Positions 46,601-58,500 of a stretch of 64,000 nt of DNA are shown piece by piece. The DNA is taken from assembly GCA_051294375.1 (NCBI GenBank), contig CM119271.1, forward strand, positions 9,204,363 to 9,268,362, in the 5' to 3' direction. Source of the stretch: Paraspadella gotoi (lineage: Eukaryota; Animalia; Chaetognatha). Below the pieces are notes generated by a model. That model ran no database searches. It was given only the letters and a program-made list of their open reading frames with translations, and was not told where the DNA came from. A program made the position numbers and the translations under genes. Numbering within the stretch: position 1 is the stretch's first letter; each line of letters starts with the position of its first letter.

Positions 46601-46930
46601 AATTCGCTTAAAAAGATTTAATTAGATATGTACTCAAAGTCCAATATTGTTAAAGACACTATTCATGCAATATGAAAGATAAAATTAGAGTGGGAAACTA
46701 CAAAAGCGTCCTCAGCGAATGGGCCTGGGTTTCCGTTACAAGACAGTGTGACGCGAACTTAAGTACTCAGTGCGACGCAACCAAAGCATTCAACAATATC
46801 TCACCCAAGATACGAGGAAACCTACTCGGAAGCGGGTTTCCGAACTCAATTTCAAAAACTGTGGGAAGTGCAAGCCAAAGGGGAGTAAAGCAGAGGAGTC
46901 GAACAGACGGCGGCTCAGAGATTCATTCGC
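43668..46930 (+). mobile_element. 5'-truncated, heavily frameshifted non-LTR retrotransposon (LINE) with APE endonuclease and reverse transcriptase remnants
   Basis: Reading across frameshifts: EN-like ILLIT(D)TRLKEDNYVVKG..SRGPGGVLIL (~43965-44090); RT-like AAGEDGVTY.MIKNVP (~45345), RPISL (~45530), FLDV..AFD (~45740), TTGTPQ..SP.LFNI (~45920) and QFADD (~46017). A-rich sense strand; ends approximate. Confidence 0.85.
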
Positions 46931-47814
46931 GATGAAGCCGAGCAGTCGGCCGGAGATCGATCGTGCCAAACTTCTCATGTGCCAAACTTCCTCATTATTC
47001 CAAATAACAAACGCCTCTAAATCCTAAAATTAAGACGAGTTAAAACTAAAGTAAATTTTGTTAGTGCGGTATTAAAGTTAATTTCCGTTATTGCGGATGC
47101 GTATTGAAGTAAATTTCCCGTTATTGTGCATAGAAATATTAATTTTAACTTTTTTACTTACGAGACATTGAAGGTTTAATGCTGTTTTCAGCAGTTTAAT
47201 ACTGTTTTCAGAGTCATGTATAACGTCACGTGTAGTTATAAAAATTTGATTAAAACGCCGCGTTAGTTGACTATCGGGTTACTATACTATTGTTTACGGA
47301 ATATTAACGGTTAATGACTTAGTGTTGACTTTAAAAACGATCGTACGATTTTAAATAATTTTTTGGCCCATCAAACTATTACTTACGTAATGTCAAAATG
47401 TAAAATTTTATGAAATTGGCCAGAATAGGTCTGCCAACATTCTGTTCAGATAGAATTTTTTTACTCAGTCAAAACCAGTCATAATAGATTCAAATGTAGT
47501 AGTTTAGAATTATCTGTAAACTTGTCACTGTTTATTTATATCGCGCTAAGGAGCCAATCACTGGCCCCAGGGTTAAATAGAATGTATTAATCAATCTCTC
47601 TCTCTCTCTCCTCTTCTCTCTCTCTCATCCTCTCTCTCTCCTCTCTCCTCAATCTCTCTTCTCTCTCGTCTTCTCTCTCTCTCTTTCTGANNNNNNNNNN
47701 NNNNNNNNNNNNNNNTTCTCCCTAGCTCTCTCTGTCTCTCTCTGCGTCTTATCAGTTTGACGATTTGGTCAAACGACCAACGCTGGAAACCACCGAATTC
47801 TTCTATGGTTATGG

Positions 47815-47855
<41 letters not shown>

Positions 47856-48230
47856 TTAATGAGAGTAATCGTTAGTATCATGTCAAGGTCGTAATCGACA
47901 CTGTAAGATGTAACTTAACTGTAACTTAAAGATTTCCCGTCGATAAAATCATTAAAAAAGAGAAGATTATCAACGTTGTTTGAATCTCGTGTACCGTATT
48001 TTAATACTGTTTAATGTTTATTAATTCTTTCAATATTACTCTAAAACCATGTTTGACGTCTACGTTGTCAATAGAAATGGTTGCCCCATTTTTTTTTTGG
48101 CATCACAATATTTCCTTCTGCACTTTTAGAGTGACACTTTAGAAAGATGAGCAGGATGGTAGTTATTATTTTTAAAGACAACTTGGCTTTTATTTGTCTT
48201 AGACTTAAGAAGACCTGGTGCGCCGCCTTA

Positions 48231-48983
48231 TCATTCAATTTCCGTAAAACATTTTCGAAACATAGAAAAGGGAAATTTTGTCAAAAAAGATCGTTTTTTG
48301 TTTTTATTTTTCTTCGTCATTTCTCCGCCGTCGGCGTCGCCATCGTCGTCGCCATCGATTTTGATCCTAACGCGCTTTTCTACCGGCCGATGATTGGCTG
48401 AAAACGCTTCTACCGGTGGCGGTATATGATTGGCTGGAAACGCCTCCTCCGTTTGCGTTTCCTGATTGGCTAAAACCTTTTTTTTTTTTTCAGGTGGCTC
48501 TTCGGTCGCGAAATCGAACCGATTTGTAGAATAAAGTTTCTTACCGACAGGGACATTTTTATGGTGATTGCTGATATTGTCGTCGTCGTCGTCGTCGTCG
48601 TCATCTTCGTCTTCCGAATCCGAATCCTCTTCCTCCTCTTCCTCCCCCAATACGACGACACGATCGTCGTACGGATTTCCTCCGAGTCCTCGAATCGCTT
48701 CCTCCAGATCGTCAAGTATCTCCTCGCGCCCTCTAGCGTCCGATCGGTCCCAACGGAGGGCGCGGTCGTTCCGCGCCTGACTCATCGCATCCAGCGCCGC
48801 TCGTTGACGCTTGGAGAGTCGACGAGCCGCTTCGGGGCGGAGGAGAGCCGAGGTCATGGAGTCGGCGTCGTCGCCGTAGTCGCGGACGGAGCGTTTGCGG
48901 CAGAGATGCTTCAGGGTGAGTTCGGAGACGGCGAGGAGACGACGGGATCTGAGAGACTGTCTCGCCTCGGCTCTGGACGACAT
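48231..48983 (-). CDS. Intronless 250-aa ORF of unknown function (basic N-terminus, long acidic tract, Lys-rich segments)
   Basis: Uninterrupted ATG-to-stop ORF with a GC-rich body and codon usage like the neighbouring exons, inside AT-rich flanks. No recognisable domain. Confidence 0.6.
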   Translation of the reverse strand: MSSRAEARQSLRSRRLLAVSELTLKHLCRKRSVRDYGDDADSMTSALLRPEAARRLSKRQRAALDAMSQARNDRALRWDRSDARGREEILDDLEEAIRGLGGNPYDDRVVVLGEEEEEEDSDSEDEDDDDDDDDDNISNHHKNVPVGKKLYSTNRFDFATEEPPEKKKKVLANQETQTEEAFPANHIPPPVEAFSANHRPVEKRVRIKIDGDDDGDADGGEMTKKNKNKKRSFLTKFPFSMFRKCFTEIE

Positions 48984-50792
48984 ATTTGAGGAGGCGTCGG
49001 AGGAATGCCCCAGGGTTTTAAGAAAAAAAGATTGCGAGAAAAAAGTGTGAACAACTTTACAAAGGTCTGTTTATTAAATTCACGGTTTGTCCGAAGTAGT
49101 TTTACGCTAAAATAAATTGTAAATCACTTTTAGAATGTAATTTGTAAATTGTTTAATTAATCAATTACAAATTTTGGTAGACTTTGTATTGTTTCCTTCA
49201 AATCGTTGCGTTTGAGTTAGATAACGAAAATGAAATTTCTTTAAACGTTTTCACAAATACAGGAAGCGTAAAAAGTATGAGATATATTTTTATAATTAGA
49301 TTTACTTTATTTCAAAAACGAAAACGACTCGCGACGAAAGGACGTCTCGAACATTTTTCGACGCATTTTCAACTCGACTATCTCGTTTTTCTCCGAGGTA
49401 ATAAAATTCCAAGAAATTTGATTACGAACCAATCAGGGATTCGCTTTTCAAGCTTTGGCCGTCGGGAGTCGATTGCCGGCTCGGCAGGTAAACAACATTT
49501 TTACAAACCGGTTTCGGTTAAAGAAGATAAGACGGGATACGCCCCATGAAAAGAGANNNNNNNNNNNNNNNNNNNNNNNNNAGAGAGAGATTGAAAAAAT
49601 CATAAAATCTTCTTCAGGATCAAGTGTACGTGGGGTTGCGCTTAAAGAGAGAGGAGAGAGGGGGGGGGGGGGGGAGGAGAGGAGAGAGAGAGAGAGAGAT
49701 AAGAGAGAGAGGAGAAGACCGTTGACGAATTCATGGTTTGATTTTACTTGCGACAAACAGTCGAATCGAAATATAAATACAATTGGGGAAATACAGATTT
49801 GGCGAATGAAAAGTGTTGGAGAGAAAAAAAAGATCAAAAGAAATGAAAAAGGAGAAATTACAATTAAAAAAACGAAACATAAAATAGAATGGTTTTCGTA
49901 GTATTTTTTTTTTTTTTTTGTTTTTTTTTTTTTATTTTGCTCTTTGCGCCGGATTCTCCCTCCCCCCAATGTGACAATGGTTCAGAAGATACAAGTTTAA
50001 AAAAGGGTTTCCTTATAATTAATTAAAGAATTGCCGCGCTGCTAAAGCCTTTGACGTCAAATTTCCCGATAGCCGTGTAAATGATATTTCCGTTTCAAAA
50101 AAAACACGGAAATCGAATACCAAGAGTTTCAGAGTAAAAAATCGTAAAAAATCGAGGGAGGGAGTTTAGTGACGGGGCTTATCGGCAGAAAGTGATCTCC
50201 TCTCTCTCTCTCTCTCTCATCGGTCTCATCTCTCCTGCTCCTCTCTCGTCTCATCGTCTCTCTCGTCTCTCTTCCTTCTCTCCATCTCGTTCGATGTCAT
50301 CCGGCCTCGACTCTATCGTCATCTTCTTCTCTCTCTCTCTCTTTCGCCTTCTCTCCGCCATTACCACATTATTCAATAAAAATATCTTCTCGGAATTGTC
50401 AAAACCTTATTGCCAAGATCGTGCCGTAGTTTCACGCAACAAATTTTTTTTTTCCCCCGCTTTCTTTTATTCCATCTCTTGCGACATCCGTTTGCGTCTA
50501 CTTCCTCTCTCATTCTCTCTCTCTCTCATCTCGTCGTCTCGTCTCAAGTGGGCTCTCTCCCTCTCTTCTCTCTCTCTCTCATCTCTTTCTCCTCTCTCTC
50601 TCTCTCTCTCTCGTAAATATACTCCCGTAATCAAATGTTTCACTTTCCAACTTTGGCTACAAACTTTTCTCCAACAACATATTTTTGATTTGTCCATACG
50701 TCCATTTTCCCTTTTTCCCCGCATTTTGTTCACATCCGACGTCAGGAGACGAATTCAATATCAAATAATCACGAATAATATATGACAGTAAA

Positions 50793-53700
50793 ATGTCACA
50801 ACCTCGTCCTCACTTCTGGAAACCGGAAGTGAATCTTCCTCCGTTGCCGATGAAACAGAACGCCGCTGATGACAGGATGTCCCTCGTCGGTCGTATTCCT
50901 TCGTTTCGCGACACGCCCTCTGACGGAAGCGTCAAACGCCATCCGCCCGCGGGACACCCACTCCTCGTTCATCCCGCGACGAACTCGTCATACCCGTCCT
51001 TCGGGATCCGGTGCTGCCGCACTTGCGGCGAAACTCGTCGTCGATTTCTACTACGTGAACCTTTTTGTTTTGGTCTTTCTCTTCGGAGTTGAGTGAGTGA
51101 ATGAACGAATGAATGATGATATAATTGATGAAGAATGAATGAATGGATTGAATGAATGAATGAATGAATGAATGAATGAAATGAATGATTGAATGAATTG
51201 AAATGAATGAAATGAATGAATGAATGAAATGAATGAGTAGATGAGTAATTAGTGAGATGAATTGATCGATTTAATGAAGGAACGAGTGAATGAAAAAATG
51301 AAGTGAACTATGGTGGGACTAAAAATTCCACCAACCGTTCATCAGTCGGCGATTGGTGCCGGAGGCAAGTCATTTTCGCTCCCAACCCAAAGGTTCTAGC
51401 CCGGTGGCTGCTCGCAGTTTAGAAGGGACGGGGCGCTTAACGCGGCCTGTAACATTGGTGTTACAAGCCTTGATCCGAAGCTCAGTGACTGGGCTTATAT
51501 TTGAACGGTATCTGTCATTAAACAACATATCAATAATTACTGTCTCTTCAAGAACGTTAGCAAATTGGTGAACGAGTGAACGATTGACAAATTTAAATAA
51601 GTGTAACCAGTGAATTAGCCGAGTGACTAAGAATAGTTTAATATCTTAATATCATAGAAATCCATATTTTCATCTACTCGAGTCCCTTCCCTATAATGAT
51701 ACCATTTCAGATACGCGGTTATCCTTCCCTCTCTGTGGCTTTAACCTTCGAAACTCATTCGACCTGCAAGCTCATCCTACCATCGGATCTGTATCGCCGG
51801 ATCTCGATCAGGTTTTGGTTTTTTTTTCATTTGCCAAGTTTCTGTCTATGACTAAAAAAAAAAAAAATGGCAAATGGCCTTTTGTGTAAATGCTAAATAT
51901 TCATCTCATGATTTTCAATTGATATACTTAATACTTTTCCAATTTGCAATGTCCGCAATGATCCTTAATTTTTGAATTTTATTTTAGTGGCCAATTAGTG
52001 CAATTTTTCTTGCTCAATACTCATCGTTTAAATCGTTTAATCTCTTATTGTCTTAATTGTCAATTGTCTCTTTTATTTCAGAAAAAAAAAAAAAATCAGG
52101 GTTGGTTCGGATCTTGGAATGAGGTCTTTCATGGGGAAGTGACGTGAAACTGAGAATTTTCGAAGTTCCGCGATGTGAGCTTTGTCAGGACTTTTTAAAT
52201 CGTTGAAATGTTTAATTTTCCAGGTTATATACGAACGATATACCATGATACATTTTCCCGAAAGAAAAATAAGGCCACGAAAATCCAAAAAAGCTATTTT
52301 TGTCAGTTGTTCTATTTGACGAGTGCGAGTTATATGTAACGCTTTTTTCGAATAAATTAAAACTTTAAATAGCTTCCGACTACAAAATAGTGTATCCTTT
52401 TCTTTTAAAACTTATACTCACACGCTACTCCTCTTTCAACCCTTCCCCCCGCCCTAAACTCGCTATATTGGCGGGGATCGTTTCGGGGGGGGGTTTGGGT
52501 CATTCGCGCACCAAGTCCACCCAACCCTCCTACCCCCTTTCCGCTCCAGCGCCCCTGATCTTTCTGCCCCATCTCTTCGCGCTACTTGAACGACTGGAGC
52601 CGCGACCAGAACGCCACAAGTCGCTCGTCTCGTCTGCAACTCCTTCGAGATTCTCGGCAATTTCCTCTAAGTCTTCAAGATCGAGTGGCCCTCGTCTTCG
52701 TCGCAGATCGTGAGGCCGGGATCGGCTGCGGTTTGTTGTCCCTTACTGGTTTTATTTTTTTCTTGTTTGTTGTTTGTTTGTTTATTTAATTAGGTTTTGT
52801 TTAATCATTTAAACTTTTAAAACTATATTATATACTTCAAGAAACAGTTTGTTAAATTGTTCTGTTTTTTTTTTTTTTTTTTGTTCTTTTTATTTTCCTA
52901 AGTTTTATTTATTTTCCATTTTTTTAAAAATTTTGAATAAATTTTATTTTGGATTTGGACGACAACATGAACGCCTTTAGTCGAATTTTGGAACAAAATA
53001 AGATCAACATTATCAAGTTTGACTATGATACGTAATTACGTATCCAAATTTCGCGGATCCTGCATAACTTCGTTATTTCGGTTTCTCCCGTTAAAAACGA
53101 TTTTTCGCCCCCTAGCGGCGGCGTCGGCGATGCTCTAGCGCGGACGTCCAAACCCTGAGTTTACGCGCCGTCGAGGGACGAACCGTCGTTTGTCGGTCCT
53201 TGTTCCATGGCCCGAACATAAGTCGGACTCTTTGTCGGCGCAGCGCTTCAATGTTTTTTCTGTGGTAAAAGATATTACAATTTGAGTAGTTAAATTGGCC
53301 ATTATCTGATTAATTTCAAATTCATCCAAAATATTAATCAAGATGGTCATTTTATAACCATTGCCTTCAGCAGTTCACTTCAGCATTGGCCCATCGTTCC
53401 ATCGACGAATACACGTCGCCCGGGATTCTTTCATGTCGATTCTGTGGATCCTGCATCAAAATTTCAAGTTAATTTTCCACTTTCTAACAACGTCAACGGA
53501 TTACGCCGAGGTGTGGTTCGAGCTTCCATCCTGTTGTTTTGTTGGTTCCTTAATTAGTTTTAATTATTTTTCACGAATCCTTGCCTCATTCGTTCTTCGT
53601 TCCCAAGTTCTATGCGTTAATGTTTTTTTCTTTATTTCATCCCTCCTTTTGTTATTTTGTTTCGCAAAGAAATTTTTTTCATCGCACTTTCTTGTGTGCG

Positions 53701-56245
53701 CTCGTTTCATTACCTTCCTTTGTTGCTTATAGTTTTCTTTCCTTTTTTTTCTTCTTGCGTTCATTTCTGCTTTCCTACGATCGTTCATATCAATTCCTTC
53801 GCTTCATTTCATGAATCCCGTTCATCTCTCATCGCTTCCAAATCAAAAATCATCAGATCCTTCAAACTCCGATCGAAAACAAAAGAGGCATCCGAGGTCG
53901 AATTCGCGCGGAAAATCTCATCGCTGTCGTGACGAAGCCGTCGTCTCGGCGTCTCCGACGAAATCGGTCGGAAATACACGCCGAGAGCCGAGATCGGCGC
54001 CGCCGAGAGATCCGGCGTGGCGGCGCTACCGTTTCTGCGGCGCCCCCAAAGATCTCCGGTGCCCAATGCGAATTTATTCGCGCCCGAATATTCGCAGCCT
54101 CATCTCGTGTCTTGATCGGAATTCGTTTTTTGAATTTTCTAGCGAGCAAGGTGTTTTGAAATTGTGAAGTAATAACTTAATTTTATTTGCGTTTAAAACT
54201 TTAAGTATTTATTTTAAAAAAATAAGCCTTTACGCCCTTCAGTGTCCATGAAGGAGCCGACAGTTTTGTGTATCGCATGAAGAGATACATTTTTTTCCGT
54301 AATCAATTTTATAATTAAAAACTTGCGAACAAGTGAATTTCTAAATTGTAGCTGCAATCTTTGTTTGTAAATATTTGCTTTTATTTCAATAATTTTCAAA
54401 CGAGCCAGGTCGCTAAAAAAGACTAGTTTCCATCGGCCGCGCAAACTCACCACGTTTCCCTCCTATTCTTCCTTCCCATCAACATATTTTCGACCTTGCT
54501 CGAACGCTACCTCCCATTTCCCACAACACCAGACTCCCTTGGAAAGCGTCTTCGTCATCCTCTGATTTCCCAAGAGCGTTCGGATGGGGCGGAATTGGAA
54601 TCCGGCGCTTGTTTCGCCGTCGCCGCGTGCGTCGTTTCTCGTCGTCTGCGGCGCCGTCGCCGTCGCGAGCGGGCGCTCTCCGATCGCCGGCGTCACGGCC
54701 CTTCGGGTGTTCGTTAAATGCTGGCCTCGCAGGTTCTCGCGTTGGGGCGGGTGTCTTTTGTTTGTTTTTTTGTTGTTTTTTTATTATTAATACTAAAAAT
54801 AGTATTCATAAAATCATAAAACCGTAACAGTGTAAAAGGACAGGAAAATGATAAACAATAAAAACTAAACTATTAAAATTCAATCCAAAAAAACAAAGAA
54901 ACACTAACGTTTAAAAATGGAAAACATAATAAAGTTACGAAACAAATTCATAACATGAGAAACTGTGAAGGACCAGAATATTATAGTAACTATCAACAGC
55001 ATTAAAATTTAGAATATTTAGAATATTTAAAACCCAAATATAAAATAACTTTAACCTCTTCTGACGAGGATCATAATTCACACTTAAATCTTTCCACAAT
55101 TTTCAACGATAAATCGAAATAACAATCAGATTCTGGGCCGCTAGCGACGTTGCCGAACGCGACGCGTCCCGTCTCCGGACCGTCGTCTAACTCGAGCAGC
55201 GTCCTCAGAGGTTTCCTGCGCCGTCACCGTCCGCCGCTGCTGCTGCTGCATTTTGCGTCTGCTCCTCGCTGCTGAACGTCAGTCGGCGTCTCCATCGTCG
55301 CCATCACCGCCTACAGGCATCTCACCAAATCCATCGACGAGAGAACGCAGGGTGAAGTCGCGGGTCTCGTTTTTGTTTTTTGTTTTCTTCTTGTGTTTTG
55401 GTTTGTTTTTGTTTTATTCGTTATTGAAATTGGGACACCAATATAAAACTATCCATTCATTTAATAAAAAAGTTATCTTGCCCTGATTTGGACAGGCTTT
55501 GGGTGGGTTTAAAGCCTCCATCACTCTTACCAATAATGACATAGGCAGGTCCCTGCAAGCTTCAATCAAGACTCCTCACAGTCCCTGCGTTTATTCACGT
55601 CCAGCAGTTCCTGGCTTCCTATAATCAATGAAGTGTATATTATTTGAAAGATGTTTCAATTGTATGAAAGGGAACTACGACCTTAAAGTATGTTTTTTTT
55701 TTTCATTTCAATTTTTGTTTTGTTTTGTTTTTTTGGGGGGGAGAGAGGTTTATCTTTTTTTTAAAATTATTTTGGATCTGCTTTTAAATTTTTTATTTTC
55801 TCATTTTGCCAATTGTGTTTGGTTGTTGTTCCCCCCCCTGGTTGTTTTTTTTTATTTTCCCTCTGTCGTCTCGACAAGAATACGACGTTAATTTGTAATT
55901 TTTTCGTTCCAAAAATTGAAATACGCGATTTTACTTTCACGTCCCGCAACTTTTTCCGTGGGGACCCTTTCGCATTCTTTTCCTTCCAGGTTCGGGACGG
56001 GAAACTTCGTCGCGGCGTCCTCAAAAATCTCGTTGCCTCATTCTCGGCCCGCTCTGGACGGGCGCCCATCTTTGGATCGAGGCCACGCCCTCTTCGCCGT
56101 CAACCCGCGTCGTTCGCAGTCTTCTCCGCATTTTTTTGGCCTCGTGGGAGAGGATGGGGGAGGAGGAGGAGAGGAGGAGGAGGAGAGGAAGGGGAGGGGG
56201 AGGAGGAAGGGGGAGAAGGAGGAGGAGGAGGTGGGAAGGTGAGAT
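50793..56245 (+). pseudogene. Frameshifted copy of the MFSD8-like gene (pseudogene or error-rich duplicate)
   Basis: Same exons as the right-arm copy, most with frameshifting indels that are mainly single-base insertions. The last exon runs into a ~600-bp GA-rich tract. Confidence 0.7.
51309..51546 (+). mobile_element. tRNA-containing SINE-like short repeat, copy 1
   Basis: Matches 59102-59331 and the reverse complement of 63078-63300; lacks part of the T-arm. Confidence 0.65.
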
Positions 56246-58500
56246 GAAAGGGAGGAGGCGGAGAGAGAAGAGGAGAAGTAATGAAAGGAAGAGGAGGAGG
56301 GGGAGGAGGAGAGGAGAAGAAGAAAAGGAGGGAAGGAGGAAAAAAGGAGGGAAGAAGGAGGAGGAAGGTGCGAGGTGGGAAGGTGGAGATGAAGGGAGAA
56401 GGCGGAGAGAGAGAGGAGAAGTATGAGGAAGAGGAGAGGAAGGAGGAGGAAAGATGAGGAAGCGGAGAGAGAGAGGAGAAGTAGAGGAAGAGGAGGAGGG
56501 GGAGGAGGAGGAGGAAAAAAGGAGGAAAAGGGGGAGGCGAAGAAGGAGGGGAGGTGGGGAAAGGTGAGAATGAAGGGAGAGGCGGAGAGAAGAAAGAGGA
56601 GAAATATGAGGAAAGAGGGGAGGAGCGAGGAGGGGTGGAGATGAAGGAAGAGGCGGAGAGAGAAGAGGAGAGTATGAAGGAAGAGGAGGAGGAGGAACAT
56701 GAAGGGAGAGGCGGATGAGAGAAGAGGAGAAGTAGGTCGGAGGAGGTGGAGGATGAGTAGAGAGAGAGAGATAGTTAGTAGTAGCGGAAGTTGGAGAAAT
56801 TACGAAAGAGTATTCCATTTAAGTTTTTAAAACTTTTTTTTTCTTTTGCGAACAAAATGCCAATCGAAAACTGAAGGACAATTTTTAGGGTCAATGCAGT
56901 CACGGCGCTTTTTGTTTGTTGTTTTTCTTTGACCAAAGCGAAACTTATTTGATTTTTCGTTTTTTTTGTTTTTTTTTTTTTTTTTTCGTTTTTACTTCTT
57001 TCACTAAACTGTAAAAACCCTTAATTTGCTTTAGACAATAAATATTGTTCCATTACGGTTTTCCATTTTTAAGGGCTTATTACATCTTTTATTAGTTGTA
57101 CGGCTGTACTAACTTTATACTAATCCTACATTCCTACAAACAGATAGTTTGGTCAAACAGAGAGACAGACCTTGACCGAAAAAGTATCTCGAAAGATAAC
57201 ATTTACGGTAGTTTTAATATTATCCTCTTTCTCTCTCTCTTCCTTTCGATTTCAATATTTTCTTTTTTTTCGCGCGTTTTAATAATTTCAATTTTTATAA
57301 AATTAACTGTCATATTGAAATCATTTCAATTCGTGTCCCCGTTGAAGCGAGAAAGAGGATTCGAATGCGATACGCAACATTTGAGAAGTCGGTCAGTCGT
57401 TAGCCCTTTGAACTCCCCAGCCCAAATCTCATCCCCACCCCACCCATCAATCCCACACCAAACCACTCCACCATCTCCTATTTATGCGGAGCAACGAATC
57501 GACGAAACCCTTCACAAACATTTTACCGAAAAAAAGTCAGAAGGACAGCGGCCAATTTCAAGGGTCGGAAATTATCTCTCTTCTCTCTCTCTCCTCTCTC
57601 TCTCTCTCCTCGCTCTCCTCTCTCGTCTCCTCTCTCTCTCCTCTCATCTCTCTCTCTCTCAATTGACCTTTTTTTTATTGTTTACTGTAATAACTCATCA
57701 GTAATAGTAAGTTTGACAATTTCTCACGAAATTCAAAATACCAAAGAAACACGCCAATTAACTTTTCTTTCAACCAAGTTATTTTTATCATATTAATCAA
57801 CTATTATTTTTTTTTTTTTTTGCCCACTCAAGTCAAAACCTTATCTCTTTTCATGTGAGGTGGGGTGGGGATGAGATTTGGGCTGGGGGAGTCAAAGGCT
57901 AACGACTGACCGACTCTCAAATGTTGGTATCGAGTTCGAATCTCTTTCTCGCTCAACGGGACACGAATGAAATGATTCAATTATGACAGTAATTATAAAA
58001 TTGAAATTATAAAACGGGAAAAAAAAGAAAATATGAATCGAAAGAAGAGAGAGAGAAGAGATAATTAAAACTACCGTAAATGTTATCTTTCGAGATACTT
58101 TTCGGTCAGTCTGTCTCTCTGTTTGACCAACTATCTGTTTGTAGAATGTAGATAGTATAAAGTTAGTACAGCCGTACAACTAATAAAAGATGTAATAAGC
58201 TTAAAAATGGAAAACCGTAATGGAACAATATTTTATTGTCTAAGCAAATTAAGGGTTTTTACAGTTTTAAAGTGAAAGAAGTAAAAACGAAAAAAAAAAA
58301 AAACAAAAACGAAAAATCAAATAAGTTTTCGCTTTTGTCAAAAAAACAAACAAAAAAAAGCGCCGTGACTGATTGAACCCTAAAAATTGTCCTTCATTTC
58401 GATTGGCATTTTGTCGCAAAAGAAAAAAAAAGTTAAAACTTAAATGAATACTCTCGTAATTTCTCCAACTTCCGCTACTACTACTATCTCTCTCTCCTAC

